This document shows positions 1-12,354 of a DNA stretch of 64,000 nucleotides, piece by piece. The stretch comes from Chiloscyllium plagiosum (Eukaryota): NCBI RefSeq assembly GCF_004010195.1, contig NC_057717.1, forward strand, positions 102,793,676 through 102,857,675, read 5' to 3'. The notes below the pieces were generated by a model, which did not search any database, was not told where the DNA came from, and worked only from the letters and a program-made list of their open reading frames with translations. Position 1 is the first letter of the stretch; each line of letters starts with the position of its first letter. Made by a program: the position numbers and the translations under genes.

Positions 1-581
1 CTTCAGACCTGCCCTCCCCCCTCCGTACTGGGTGCCCGAAGATCAGGAGCGTGGGACTGAAATGCAACCAAAAACAGAGAAGATTGTGTCCTTTTTTTTT
101 TTAAAACACTGCCCTTTCTCCTGTTTATTTTTTTTTTTCCTCTTTTTCTTTTTTTTTTCTTTTTTTTTCTTTTTTTCTCTTTTTTTTTTCCCCCCACACT
201 ACCGCCTAAGTGCGGTAGTGCTTATTTTATCCCCAGCACCCATGGTGTGTGTGTGTGCAGGCAGGGATTAAATCAAAATAGTATTGGACGGGGAAATAAT
301 GCACTCCACTCCTTGCGGCGCCCACCTCTCCCTGACAACTCCAGGGTGTTGGTGGACATCGTGTGCTCCTTCTCCAGAGACACCCAGGCTCTAACATAAC
401 CGGAAAAGGGGTAGGCAGTCCACGACCCCCTCCATGGCCCGCTGCCTGGACCTGTTTATGGCCCAGGAGCAGACCCATGAGGAGGTCTTCAGACCTGCCC
501 TCCCCCCTCCGTACTGGGTGCCCGAAGATCAGGAGCGTGGGACTGAAATGCAACCAAAAACAGAGAAGATTGTGTCCTTTT
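1..581 (-). mobile_element. 5'-truncated L1/Tx1-like LINE 3' end (A-rich tail 92-190, UTR ~190-262, ORF2 C-terminal remnant ~280-581), preceded by an identical partial copy (1-95)
   Basis: Minus-strand ORF 227..628 contains FWLHFSPTLLIFGHPVRRG..DLLMGLLLG; T-rich tract on + is a poly(A) tail; same UTR recurs at 23765, 23912 and 26080. Confidence 0.65.
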
Positions 582-684
582 AAAAGGTCAGCCTGGACTC
601 CCTGATTGGACCAGGTTAAAAGCCCCAATTAGGAAACTCATATTCTATGAGGTCCAGCTAGCTGACCTCATTATAATTACGACA
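582..684. mobile_element. fragment of an LTR-like repeat, same family as 36395-36623
   Basis: Shares ctccctgattggac..ag.tta..agccccaat.agg.aac.catat...tgaggtcca.ct..ctgacc with the 36.5-kb copy. Confidence 0.45.
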
Positions 685-789
685 GAGCGATCATTACACA
701 AACATAACTTTGAATTTAACGTAGAAAACCTCAGCGAGTGTGGAGAGAAACCGAGTTGGTATTTCAATCGACAGCCCATTGTCTGAATT

Positions 790-940
790 GGTCACCCCTA
801 TGGTGCTGTGTGTGGGAGCTTGCTGTGCAGAAATTGGCTGCTTTTGTTTCTTACGTTGCAGCAGTGACTACTCTTTGAAGATGCTTCTTTGGCTGTGAAG
901 GGATTATGGGGGTGTCCTGTGGCGCTACAGAAGTGCAAAC
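790..940 (+). mobile_element. DeuSINE (SacSINE1-like) 3' part with L2-type tail
   Basis: tgggagcttgctgtgcagaaattggctgc...cagtgactactctt...ttggctgtgaag resembles the recalled consensus tail. Confidence 0.55.
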
Positions 941-1101
941 CTGGTTTTCTGTTAACCAACAGGTGTGCAGCTGTATGGGTCCAGCAGGGATATGCTGCCC
1001 CCTTGTGGAGAGTGCTCTGCTCAGCAGCAGGTATCAGGTCCTGGTGATCGATCCTAATGTGATAATGTGAACTAATTTGCTGTTTTTCTTCTTGGCCGCA
1101 G

Positions 1102-1209
1102 GGTGAAGTTGGTTTATTGGGCCATCGGGGTGAAGATGGTCTAGAAGGAATCAAGGGTCAGATGGGTCCGATTGGCGAGGCCGGTCCCAATGGGCCATCT
1201 GGTGAAAAG
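1102..1209 (+). CDS. COL5A3: collagen exon 108 bp: [36 protein letters not shown]
   Basis: ccgcag|GGT...AAG|gtcagc; 12 Gly-X-Y triplets. Confidence 0.95.
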
Positions 1210-1339
1210 GTCAGCTCCTGCCTCTTTGGTTCTGAGTATTGGTTTGTGTCCTGGAGACCCTGACATTCAGGAGAAGCAACAGTATCCCTGCCACTCACCC
1301 CATTAGCTCTCTCCAACAAGTGAGCTCCCAGCTGAATCG

Positions 1340-1348
1340 CTCTCTCGA

Positions 1349-1380
<32 letters not shown>

Positions 1381-1826
1381 TCTTTCTCTGTCTCATTCTC
1401 ACTTTTTATCTCTCTACATCTCTCCCTCTATATCTCTCTATCTCTTTTTCTCTTTCTCTATCTCATTCTCACTTTTTATCTTGCTCTCTCCCCCTCTATG
1501 TCTATCTTTCTTTCTCTCNNNNNNNNNNNNNNNNNNNNNNNNNNNNNNNNNNNNNNNNNNNNNNNNNNNNNNNNNNNNNNNNNNNNNNNNNNNNNNNNNN
1601 NNNNNNNNNNNNNNNNNNNNNNNNNNNNNNNNNNNNNNNNNNNNNNNNNNNNNNNNNNNNNNNNNNNNNNNNNNNNNNNNNNNNNNNNNNNNNNNNNNNN
1701 NNNNNNNNNNNNNNNNNNNNNNNNNNNNNNNNNNNNNNNNNNNNNNNNNNNNNNNNNNNNNNNNNNNNNNNNNNNNNNNNNNNNNNNNCATCTCTCCCTC
1801 TCTCTCTCCCCCCCCCTCCCTCTCTC
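1340..1826. repeat. (CT)n-rich microsatellite containing a 270-N assembly gap (1519-1788)
   Basis: Seen directly. Confidence 0.95.
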
Positions 1827-2811
1827 AACCTAGTAATATTTTCAGCCATCGAGAATTCAGCAGGCTTCCTTCTGCTGGCCCCCAGTGTCAGGACAGGGCT
1901 GGAGCTCTGGGAGGGAACGGTTGCCAAGGTCCATCTTTTTAATGGAAGCACTGCTAAACTTGTGACACAGACCTTGCCCTGAATCCCACAGTTCAGCTTC
2001 TGTTTCAAACTCAGACAGAGAAAATAGGAGCAAGAAAGGGCCATTTGAGTCTGCTCAGCCATTCGTGATCACCCAACCCAGTCTCCTCTTCCCGCTTTCT
2101 CCCCATGCCCTTTGATTCCTCCACCCCAAGAAATACATCCGACTCCTTCTTGAAAGCATTTGATGTCTTGGCCTCAGTGTCTGAGAGTTCCACCCCTCTC
2201 TGGGTGACAGTGAAGACTAGAATTTGAACAGTGATCACTACAATACTCCTCCTGGACTGATTGAGACCCTTGTGCAAGTGTTAGGTTTACCTCCAGGAAC
2301 GGGAGAGCTTTTCAGTGTTGGAGTGAAAAGCCACATTCTGACTCGAGCTCTGAATGTTGGTGCTTAGCTATTGCCAGTTCCTTCTCCAGATACCCCCACT
2401 GTTGCTCTCCAGCTCTCTCTCAGGCCCTGTTCGCTCATGATTAGAGACTCCTTAGCTGTAGGTGGGAACTGGACATGGAGGTGGAAGGCTGGTGTGTGCA
2501 GGGAACAAGGGACAATGAATGGTTTGCGTATGTGCTCCCCAAGCCGTCTCCCTCACACACTCATTTTAACACTTAACTCAACCTCAGAGTGAAAATTGGA
2601 GGAGGGCAACCAGCGAGTTACAGGGGAAGGATGGGATCTCAAAAGCACAACGGAGACAGTGCTCAGTTCTCAGGTTCTGTTGGTGTCCGTGATCGTTCGG
2701 AGTAAGCTGTGCGGCAGGCACAAAGACAATGGCGCACCGTTGAAGGGCCAGTCCTGGGGACTGTGAAAACTGCACCCCATTCCTGGCTCAGAGCTCATGA
2801 TGGGCTCACGC

Positions 2812-3112
2812 CCTGGGCTCGATTCCAGCCTCGGGAAGTACCAGCCTGTGTGGAGTTTGTACATTCTCCCCATGTCAGTGTGAGTTTCCTCTGGGTGTTC
2901 CAGTTTCCTCCCACAATCCAAAGATGTGCAGGTCAGGTGAATTGGCCATGGGTAATTTGCCCATAGTGTTCAGGGATGTGTAGGTTAGGTGCATTAATCA
3001 GGAGTAAATGTAGAGCAATAGGGTAGGGGAATGGGGCTCGGTGGGTTACTCTTCAGAGAGTCGGTGTGGGCGTGTTGGGCCGAATGGCCTGTTTCCACAC
3101 TATAGGGATTGT
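2812..3112 (+). mobile_element. HE1-type SINE, head eroded
   Basis: tgtgtggagtttgtacattctcccc...ggcctgtttccacact. Confidence 0.85.
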
Positions 3113-3483
3113 ACCATTCTATGATAGACTGCCCATGTCACAAACCACAGGCTGGGAAGCTCTGTGTGAAATGCTCCGTGAGACCCAGTTTCTGGTGGGC
3201 AGTTGTGAAAAACTCGATCCTTGGACTGTTTGAGTTTGACTCATTGACCTGGTGAGCTCAGGGAAGATCCCATGGAGAATGAGAACTCGTGCAGTAAGCT
3301 GGTCCTGTCATCATGGGGACCCGTGTGTGCTGTATCCTAACCACTGAGATGTTGGTTGTTGCAAACTGACCTGAGGAAGCGATCTTGTGTTGCACAGCTC
3401 GTTAACAAAGACCAGTTGTCCTGGCAACAGGAACAAGGTGTAAAAGACCACCATGACTGACAAACCTCAAGCAGATTTACCCA

Positions 3484-3915
3484 GCCACCCAACACCTGGA
3501 GGAAGAACATCTCATCTTCCGCCTCGGGATACTCCAACCACATGGCATCAATGTGGATTTCACTAGTTTCCTCATTTCCCCTCCCCCTCCACCTTATCCC
3601 AGATCCAACCCTCCAACTCAGCACTGCCCTCTTGAACTGTCCCACCTATCCATCTTCCTTCCCACCTATCCAGTCCTCCCTTCTCTCCGACCTATCACCA
3701 TCACCGCCCCACCTCCATCTACCTATCGCACTCTCAGCTATTTTCTCCCCAGCCCCATACCCCCTCCCATGTATCTCTCAGCCCCCGTGGGCCTCCCAAC
3801 ATTCCTGATGAAGACATTGATGCTCCTGCTCCTCGGATACTGCCTGACTTGCTGTGCTTTTCCAGCACCACACTCTCAACTCTAATCGCCAGCATCTGCA
3901 GTCCTCCCTTTCTCC
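3484..3915 (+). mobile_element. Penelope-like element 3' end (ORF C-terminus plus terminal repeat, family A)
   Basis: Frame from 3496 reads LEEEHLIFRLGILQPHGINVDFTSF, resembling the end of the GIY-YIG endonuclease region; followed by a C/T-rich UTR and attcCTGATGA, with stem II deleted. Confidence 0.7.
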
Positions 3916-4074
3916 CAGATTTACCCCCCCAGTCAGGGTAGGATTTTCCTGTGGGTTTCCCGGCTTCCGAAACTTGGCCTATAGTGAGCATTAGTAAGCT
4001 GAACTGCAGCTGTCACATGTGAGTGGGTAGCCTGCTCCCTCCTCTGGGTAAATGGCTTTGAGCAGAGAGAGAGC

Positions 4075-4372
4075 TTAGATTAGATTCCTTACAATGTGGA
4101 AACAGGCCCTTCAGCCCAACAAGTCCACACTGACCCTCCAAAGAGTAACTCACGCAGATCCATTTTCCTCTGACTAATACACCTAACACTATGGGCAATT
4201 TAGCGTGGCCAATTCACCTGGTCTGCACATCTTTGGACTGTGGAAGGAAACCGGAGCAAATCCACACAGACACGGGGAGAATGTGCAAACTCCACACAGA
4301 CAGTTATCCAAGGCTGCAATTGAACCTGAGTCTCTGGTGCTGTGAGGCAGCAGTGATAACCACAGAGCCACT
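4075..4372 (-). mobile_element. HE1-type SINE
   Basis: Reverse complement has the tRNA-like head gtggctc.gtggtta.cactgctgcctcacagcacc and an (aatct)n tail. Confidence 0.9.
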
Positions 4373-4592
4373 GAGTGTGAGAGAGAGAGACTTAGGATTA
4401 CCTGACAACTGAAAATTCCTCTCCCTCACCTTCCCCCACCCCACCCACCCCTGCCCCTATTAGTGGCTGAACATACAGTATTTTGCCTCTGATTGCGAAC
4501 GATGGTTCCTTCAAAGGTGACAGTGAGGAAGGCTAGTGAAGGAGGTGACAATAGTCTAACTACCAATGTTGAGAAAGGACAGAGTATTTTAT

Positions 4593-4742
4593 AAGGCAAA
4601 GTGAGGGCTGCAGATGCTGGAAATCAGAGTCTAGATCAGAGTGGTGCTGGAAAAGCACAACAGGTCAGGCAGCATCCGAGGGAGCAGGAGCATTGACATT
4701 TTGGGCAAAAGCCCTTCATCAGGAATCACACCACTCTAATCA
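4593..4742 (-). mobile_element. Penelope-like terminal-repeat insertion (family A) with perfect 12-bp TSD
   Basis: agagtattttat at 4581-4592 and 4743-4754; decayed hammerhead core on the minus strand at 4692-4726. Confidence 0.8.
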
Positions 4743-5693
4743 AGAGTATTTTATGATGCCAGTAATTGAGATGTGGGGGGCAAAGAAGATTACCTGACAG
4801 AGTCACAACGTTCCTATATCCCGTGATAAACTAGTCATTGGCTGGTTGACCCAATGAAAGCAGCAACAACAGTTTGCAATGATACAGCTCCTTCACTGTC
4901 ATTAAACATGCCAATGCAATTCACAAAAGCATCATCTGCAAAATTTGACATCGAGTCATGTGAGGACAGATGAGTAAGCGAAAGCTTGATCACAGAGCTA
5001 GGTTCTAAAGCGCGGTTTAAGGAAGGAAGGTGAGAGAGAGAGAGATGAAAGAGGCAAGTGGTCTAAGGAGGGAGTTGTACAACTTGGGAGCCAGGCACCT
5101 GAAGGCAAAGCCACCAGGGGTGGAGGGATTATTCTCTGAGATGTACAAGAGGGTCGTAGGGCTGGAGGGGGTTACAGAGATAAGGAGGGTGTCTTTACAG
5201 GAGAATTTTTTAAAAACAGAGTTAAGAATATTAAAGATGTCTTTAAAAAGCAGATAATCTGACAGAATGGTCTTGCCATCAAAGGACAGAAGAAGTAATC
5301 AGTGAGCTGGAGGCAAGTGAGGATGGTTTTCTCATCTGTTAATAGGAGCTGTGGCTCTCAGATTGCTTTCCATGCCTTGTCTTGACAGAATAGAGTGATT
5401 GCTTTTCAGGTGTGAGACTGCAGGGCAGTCTGTTAGAAAATTGAAAGAATTTGGCTTGTTACAGGAACTCGACTGATTGGTGTTTGGATTCTGAACCGTG
5501 GGCGCTTTTCGTAATGTGTCAGAAAGCCGATGGAGCTTTTATTGGAAGGAGAAGGTGGCTGACTGTGACTTAAACACCTTCAGTTAAGCTGGGAGACAAA
5601 CTCAATGATTTATTTAGCCCAAGGCCGCCACTTTCTGACACCCACTGGAGTCCAATAGAGAGGGGCTTCCCCAATTACACACTGCTAATTCAG

Positions 5694-5906
5694 ATAAAAA
5701 TCACACAACACCAGGTTATAGTCCAACAGGTTTAATTGGACGCACACTAGGTTTTGGAGCGACGCTCCTTCATCAGGTGATTGTCAGGTGAAGGAGCGTC
5801 GCTGCGAAAGCTAGTGTGCTTCCAATTAAACCTGTTGGACTATAACCTGGTGTTGTGTGATTTTTAACTTTGTACACCCCAGTCCAACACCGGCATCTCC
5901 GAATCA
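5694..5906. mobile_element. fold-back Penelope-like insertion (family B), ~80-bp inverted arms, 11-bp TSD
   Basis: taaaaatcacacaacaccagg...cctggtgttgtgtgattttta; tgctaattcag 5683-5693 / tgctcattcag 5907-5917. Confidence 0.8.
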
Positions 5907-6194
5907 TGCTCATTCAGGGCATCAATAGCAAGCTGCTCCTGCACTTCCCTCCCCCACCCAACTGCCTTACCTCCTGGGAGCACTAACCTATTGTTGGCAT
6001 CAATTCTCTAAGTCCCTGCAAAGATAACAAGTCTACGTTATGTTTCTATGTCTCTTGTCTCACTCTGGGGATGTGTCCAACTCCTGCTGAGATGTATCCT
6101 GGGCAGAGAAAAAAAATATACATGGATCACTCCAATCTTGAGTTATTAATGTCCCTATCTGTTTCTGAGTCTGTTGGAGTTTATCTCCAATAAA

Positions 6195-6497
6195 GGGGGC
6201 TCAGTAGTTAGCACTGCTGCCTCACAGCACCAGGGTCCCAGGTTCAATTCCAGCCTCGGGCGACTGTCTGTGTGGAGTTTGCACGTTCTCCCCGTGTCTG
6301 GGTGGATTTCCTCCGGGTGCTCTGGTTTCCTCCCACAGTCCAAAGATGTGCAGGTCAGGTGAATTAGCCATGCTAACTTGCCCATTGCGTTAGATGCATT
6401 CATCAGGGATAAATGTAGGGAAATGGCTCTGGGTGGGTTACTCTTCAGAGGGTCGGTATGGATTTGTTGGGCCGAAGGGCCTGTTTACACACTCTAT
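6195..6497 (+). mobile_element. HE1-type SINE
   Basis: ggctcagtagttagcactgctgcctcacagcaccagggtcccaggttcaattcc (Pol III A/B boxes). Confidence 0.9.
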
Positions 6498-7592
6498 GGT
6501 GTTTAACCTACCAGTTACTATGAGGTGGGAGGGATGGGTTTGTGAAAGTAAATTGTTGAAACTCTTCTTATCATTTTATTATGATGTGGAGGTGACTGGT
6601 CAGGTGAAGGACCATCATTCCAAAAGCTTGTGGAACTATAACCTGGTATTGGATGATTTCTGACCATATCTTTTTATTGTCAGACTTGCATCACCAAGCA
6701 ATGTCCCCAAAATGCAGAGCACCCAAAAATGGTTGGTGATAGCCAGATAATGAATGGAGCACTTTCATAAATGCAAGGAATTATGGGTATTCCAGCTGCC
6801 ATTGTTGATTGATCAACCCATCAGTCAGGAACTTGGGGAAGTGAATGATTGGGGGCAGGAGGCCATGTAACCTCCTAGATAGGTGACAGAAGCTTGATTT
6901 AAAGCAAAACATCTGAGAGAAGGAAACCTAGGGAGGGAATTCCAGAGTTGAGGATCTGGATATCCGAATTCACTGTTGCCCTGAGTGAAGCTATGGGAAT
7001 TTGGCTAGGGGTGTGGCTGCATTTAAAAAAAAATCAGAATGGAAGAAACACTGAGATCATCAAGGGATTATGATAACGGAAAGTGCTGAAGAAACTCAGT
7101 AGATCTGGCATCGTCAGTGAAACAGGGTTAAGGTTTTGAGTTCGATATAACTCTTCAGCAGAATTGAAAAAGGGTCACTATGGACAGAGGGGGAGGAGAA
7201 GGAAGTGGAATGGGTGATGTCAAAGACCAAATGGTTGCTAATGGTAGTGAAGGGATAATAGAGTTGTGCAAAGAGTGGAAATGAGGGTAGGAAGAGGAGA
7301 GAAATGGTTCATCTGTTAAAGCTTGTCTGACTCCAGGATGTTACAATGAGAGGAAAGAGAAGCGTGGATGACTCTAAAAGAAGGATGAAAATTCTAATAA
7401 TGGAGGAGCCCTCATGGATGAAAGAGCTCAGGGTATTGGCAATGCATTTATAATTAACAGTTGGCCAAACGATTGCATCCCACATTACCGAATAAAGTAA
7501 AATTTGGAAATGTTTCATTATTTTAACAAGCTGTAATGTGTATTAAATAATCACAATTGATTTTTTTAAAAACTCTCTTTTCTGAACAACAG

Positions 7593-7646
7593 GGAGCTCT
7601 CGGTGTTCCTGGCCTACCTGGGTACCCAGGAAGAAAAGGTCCAAAG
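7593..7646 (+). CDS. COL5A3: collagen exon 54 bp: GALGVPGLPGYPGRKGPK
   Basis: caacag|GGA...AAG|gtgagt. Confidence 0.95.
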
Positions 7647-8397
7647 GTGAGTTAAGGGGGGTTAAAGTTCAAAGTTCAAGGTTCGTCACATCAACATCCT
7701 GAGTTAACTTGTGAGAATAGGATGTAGAAAAATGGTATTAATTTGTTTCCCTCATTTTTTAGGAGGTTTAGAGAAAGGTCACAGTTCATCTTGAATTCAA
7801 AAATTCTGCGAATGTTGACCTAAAATGTTTAGTTCACTTCATTCTCAGGATGTGTGCCTCACCGATAAGGTCAGCATTTTTTGCCCATTTGAATAATAAA
7901 CTGCAGTCTTTAATGGCAACCATTGGTGTATCAGATCATTGTAAATCCACATCTGCCCTTTGGCCTGCATGTGACTCCAGACCCATGGCAGTGTGGCCCA
8001 ACAAAATATTGAGTTATCAAGAAGGTAGCTCATCCTGACCTTCTCAAGGGCAGTTAGGGATAGCAGGCAGGAATTGGTCACTCGGAGAGCAGGCAAAGTA
8101 GGAGAGAGATTTGCAACTAAGACAAATGTAGGGATGTGAAGATGAGATCAAAGGGAATACATTTGGGATCCTCCAGCAAAGGGCTAGCACAGGTATGATG
8201 GGATGCTTGGCCTCCTCCATGCACACCATCAATAAAAGCTGCAAGGTTTGCTGTGAACACATAATCTTCCCTTTTCTGTACCTCCAGTTATAGTAATGAT
8301 GGGGAAGGAAGGTTTAATTGTGACATTCAGTCCAATGTTCAACTTTTTATTTTGGTGGAATTTATGTTTCTAAGAAATGTCCTTCCTTCCTTGCCAG

Positions 8398-8451
8398 GGT
8401 TCCACAGGATTCGCAGGACCTCCGGGTCTGAGTGGAGAGAAAGGCAGAAGG
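8398..8451 (+). CDS. COL5A3: collagen exon 54 bp: GSTGFAGPPGLSGEKGRR
   Basis: tgccag|GGT...AGG|gtaagt. Confidence 0.95.
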
Positions 8452-9170
8452 GTAAGTGTGTCTCTGTCCATCATTGTCTGTCTATTCTCCTCAGAACATG
8501 GCTCCTGTATGTCCTGGAAATGAGGAATTCTACAGTCCTTACCCAGCTGGGGCTGTATACGGTTTCAAGCCCACAGCTAATGTACATGATTCCAGCTGAG
8601 CCGGTCACTCAGCTGTTTAGAAAGTTGCTAACCACCGTTGACACACAGAGCAATAGAGTGGTGCAGTGTGTTAAACAGCAGATTAAAGATTGGATAGATA
8701 GAATCCAGCTTCCAGTCAAAGTTTCAATCTAACTCCCACATCACAAAACTCCCACACACTTGTTCCCATGTTTATACACCCACATCCCACTCACTTATCC
8801 CTGAATGAACATACAACTATCATCTGTTCTCTCACTTGGTCTCCAGCATCCCTGCCATAGAATTGTACAGTGCATAAGAGACCCTTTGGCCCATCCAGTC
8901 TGTACTGACAAAAATATACAGTCAGACCTTACTGTATGGTAATGAAGTACAGTTGTATTGAACAGAAAATGCAGTGATTGTAACCTGCAGACTGTTCTTG
9001 GACAGTTGTTTGGCAATAAAATCTTTTCAGTAATACCTGTACCAACTAATAATCCTTGTTGTTGCAACAGAGCAGGTCCTCTGGATTGTTGAAGCACAGC
9101 TATCTTCTGACCCAGATCGATCTGCCAATCCCAATGTAATAACGAAGCCTTTCTTTCAATTGCCTAATAG

Positions 9171-9215
9171 GGTAGAGCCGGGCCGCCTGGAGTCCGTGGA
9201 CAGCGAGGACCCACT
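9171..9215 (+). CDS. COL5A3: collagen exon 45 bp: [15 protein letters not shown]
   Basis: taatag|GGT...ACT|gtgagt. Confidence 0.95.
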
Positions 9216-9319
9216 GTGAGTGTTCCTCTTCGTTACAAAAAAAATGAACTGTTTTATCAACGAAGAAATTCTGGAAGATTTCAGAATGCTATTTCATGAG
9301 TATTCCATGTCTGTGTTCT

Positions 9320-9535
9320 CATTCTCTCATTCTCTTCTTCTCTACCTTCCTCAATCTCCCTCTGATTCTCTCTCTCTCTCTCTCTTTCCCTTGTCTCTCT
9401 GTCTTTCCCACCTCCTTTCTCTGTACTTCCTTAATTTCACTAATGCTATCTCCATCTCTTTTATTTATTTCCTCTCCCCCATTGCCTCTCACTCTTGCTT
9501 CATCCTCTCTCTCGCCCTTTCTCATTTTTTATATA
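9320..9535. repeat. CT-rich low-complexity tract
   Basis: Seen directly. Confidence 0.8.
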
Positions 9536-9624
9536 TATCCCTGTCATAACTTATTTATTATTACACTTCATAAAATATTACTGGGAGGCTTGAGCTTCCC
9601 ACCCAACTGAGCACTTTCCAATCA

Positions 9625-9940
9625 GTGAGGTACTTGGGGAAGTTTAGGCACAGCAGTAGATTTCTGCACAGCAAGATCCCACACCTAGCAAATGATGAGA
9701 AAATCTATTTTAAGACATTGTGAGATGAAAATTGGCCTGCACGTCCCCTACTTATCTTTAAACTAGTGCCATGGAATCCTTTGTATTGAACTAATGGAGG
9801 CAGAAGGGTCCTGAGTCTAACATCTGATCTGAAAGATGTATCTGTGATAGTGCAGCACACTCTCAGTACTATGCAGGGCATACTCAAATCTCAAGAGTAG
9901 GACTTGAACTCTCAAAGTGTTCACTTGAAGCTGCCCACTG
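9625..9940 (-). mobile_element. DeuSINE (SacSINE1-like), degenerate
   Basis: gcacagcaagatcccac...agtgcagcacactctcagtact...ggacttgaac is the reverse complement of the recalled Deu domain and head. Confidence 0.55.
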
Positions 9941-10172
9941 AGACATTGTCCAAGCTCCACCCATTGTGAAAACCGAGGGAGTGATTCTTTTGAATGGGCA
10001 TGGAGCTAGATTGAGTTGAAATGTTAAGGTCACCACCCAGAGGTGCTCAAATGGGTCACCTGGGGGCCGGTAGCACCTCACTATTCCTGGGAGAGGGGGA
10101 GGAAATGGGATTCATCAGAAAGGAAGCTGAGAAAAGTTGATGTGAAGTATAATTTCTGCTTTGTATCATTAG

Positions 10173-10226
10173 GGTGAGCGAGGTGAGAGAGGGCACAGAG
10201 GATCCCCTGGCAAGTCTGGCCCAAAG
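10173..10226 (+). CDS. COL5A3: collagen exon 54 bp: [18 protein letters not shown]
   Basis: cattag|GGT...AAG|gtaagc. Confidence 0.95.
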
Positions 10227-10324
10227 GTAAGCTGTCACAATGAGCCTGCATATCTGTTGAACAAAGTGGGCACTAAAATATATCTTTGCATCTGTTTACA
10301 TCAAAGTGAAGAGCAGTAACAATG

Positions 10325-10745
10325 GATAAAGCATCCCACTTGATTGGCAGCACAATCCACAAATGTCCATTCCCTCCACCATTGACGCTCAGTAGCAGCA
10401 GTGCGTACCATCTACAAGATGCACTGCAGAAACTCATCAAAGAACCTCAGACTGCACCTTCCAAACCCAAGCCCACTTCCATCTAGAAGAACGAGGGCAG
10501 CAGATACATGGGAACACCACCCCCTGCAAGTTCCCCTCCAAGCCACTCGCCATCCTGACTTGGAAACATATCGCTGTTTCTTCAGTGTCACTAGGTCAAA
10601 ATCCAGGAATTCCCTCCTAAAGGGAATTGTGGGTCATCCTGTGGCACAGCAGCAGTTCAAGAAGGCAGCTCACCCCCACCTTCTCAAGGAGCAACTAAAG
10701 ATGGACAATAAATGCTGGGCCCAGCCAGTGACACCCACATCCCGT
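10325..10745 (+). mobile_element. non-LTR LINE 3' fragment (CR1/L2 superfamily)
   Basis: ORF 10401..10817 TIYKMHCRNS..HLPNP..SKSRNSL; related minus-strand fragment at ~28625-28830. Confidence 0.6.
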
Positions 10746-12354
10746 GAGTTTTTTGTCCACCACTGTAAAAAGGATCCTGTTTTGGATGGAGCCACCCTTT
10801 GTGATAGCAGTGTCTAAGTTGGCAAAATGCAATGTAACAGGACTTGACCAGCCAACATCCAGTTGGACATTGATGTAACAGAGACTGCCCCAGTTGTTGA
10901 GTTCCACCTTTGGAGTTTTTCCATTTCACCCATTTCTCAGAAGCATGGTTTCAAAATCCATGCTTGGCACAAAGGGCATCATTGGCAAGGAGGGCATTTA
11001 TTGCCTATCCCGAAAATCCCATGAACCACTGAGCTCCAGGTGGTGTGGGCACTTGTTTGGAGGGATTTTGACAGTGAGGGAATTACTAAATGGTGCCACC
11101 TCAGGATGGTGTGCGTGGCTTGGATGGGAACTGGCAGCTGGTAGTGCTCCCAAGTACTTGTAAACATAGAAACAAGGAATAGGAGGAGGCCATTCGGCCC
11201 TTTTTATCCATCTTGCTTGTAGAGGTTGCATGCTCAGAAATTACTGTTGAAGGAGCATGTTGGAATCTGTGTGAAATTAATAATGGCTGCCTCATGTGGA
11301 ATATTGTTGAGCTACAACAATAATTGCAGAGGGCATTGATTTACCTCTTGTTCAGCATTGTTATAGAGTAATAGAGACCTGCAACACCAACCATAATGAT
11401 GTAGGTTACATGGTTAATGAAAATGGGACAAGTTATGTTTTCACGATGTAAATGCGTGCTAGTTAATGAAGTCTTTCATTAAGATTATTTTGCTGAAATA
11501 AGGCATACCTTGTCCAAGCTCTACTCTCATCTGGACAATTCTCAAGAATGGCAATGTCAGGGGAACCCACCATTTATACATGACATTCTCTGGTTTATTT
11601 CTCAGGGCAATGACTTGATCAATCAGATTCAACCTGCCTTGTTTAAATTTTAAACAAAGGTCAGCAGTCAACTGCCAGTTATCATTAACTGGTGCCTCAA
11701 CCACCCAAAGTCCACTTGCCAACCAGTCTCCTTTCACACAGTATAAATTTTGTTTACTCTTCATGTGGGTATTCCTGCAAAATATCAATGCAAGAGGAAA
11801 GCCTTTGACAATGTGTCTCTTTTCACAAGTACTCTGGTTCTGCTCTCCCAAAAAGCTGTAAGGTTATTTCATAAATGTTAGTGTTTGGGAATGAAGTTCA
11901 GGAGACCACTGTTTGTCCTGATGATGTGATGGGCCTGGCAATGGGAAGGGAGTGGGCTGTTTTTGGGGGAGGGGGGAGGGGGAGAGGGAGTGTGGTACAC
12001 ATTTGCAGTTTCCTAACCTTGTGGAAATGTGGCACCGAGGGTCCCTGGTTTTAATGCCAGAAGCTGATTGTCCACTTCACATGTGATCACAAGACAGGTT
12101 GGCCACATTTTTGAGACTGAGCCCATGGTAGTCTGAAGCCGGCTGTTTAAACTGGCCGAGAAATGGCGGAGCACAACTCTTTCTCTTCTCTCCTCCCCTT
12201 GTTGAAATCCCTATTTCTTGGACTTGACCCTTCCCCAAAGTGATACTGACCTGGACTTGGTGCCAACCTGGGGTTGGGGGTGTGAAGGACCTATTTTTCC
12301 TGTCGATGTTAAGCCCTGGCACATTTCTCAGGGCAGTGACACAATTAATTGGAT

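Noticed and set aside
1239..2062. Long ORFs spanning N runs (also 38707-39330)
   Set aside because: Artefacts of N gaps and CT microsatellite.
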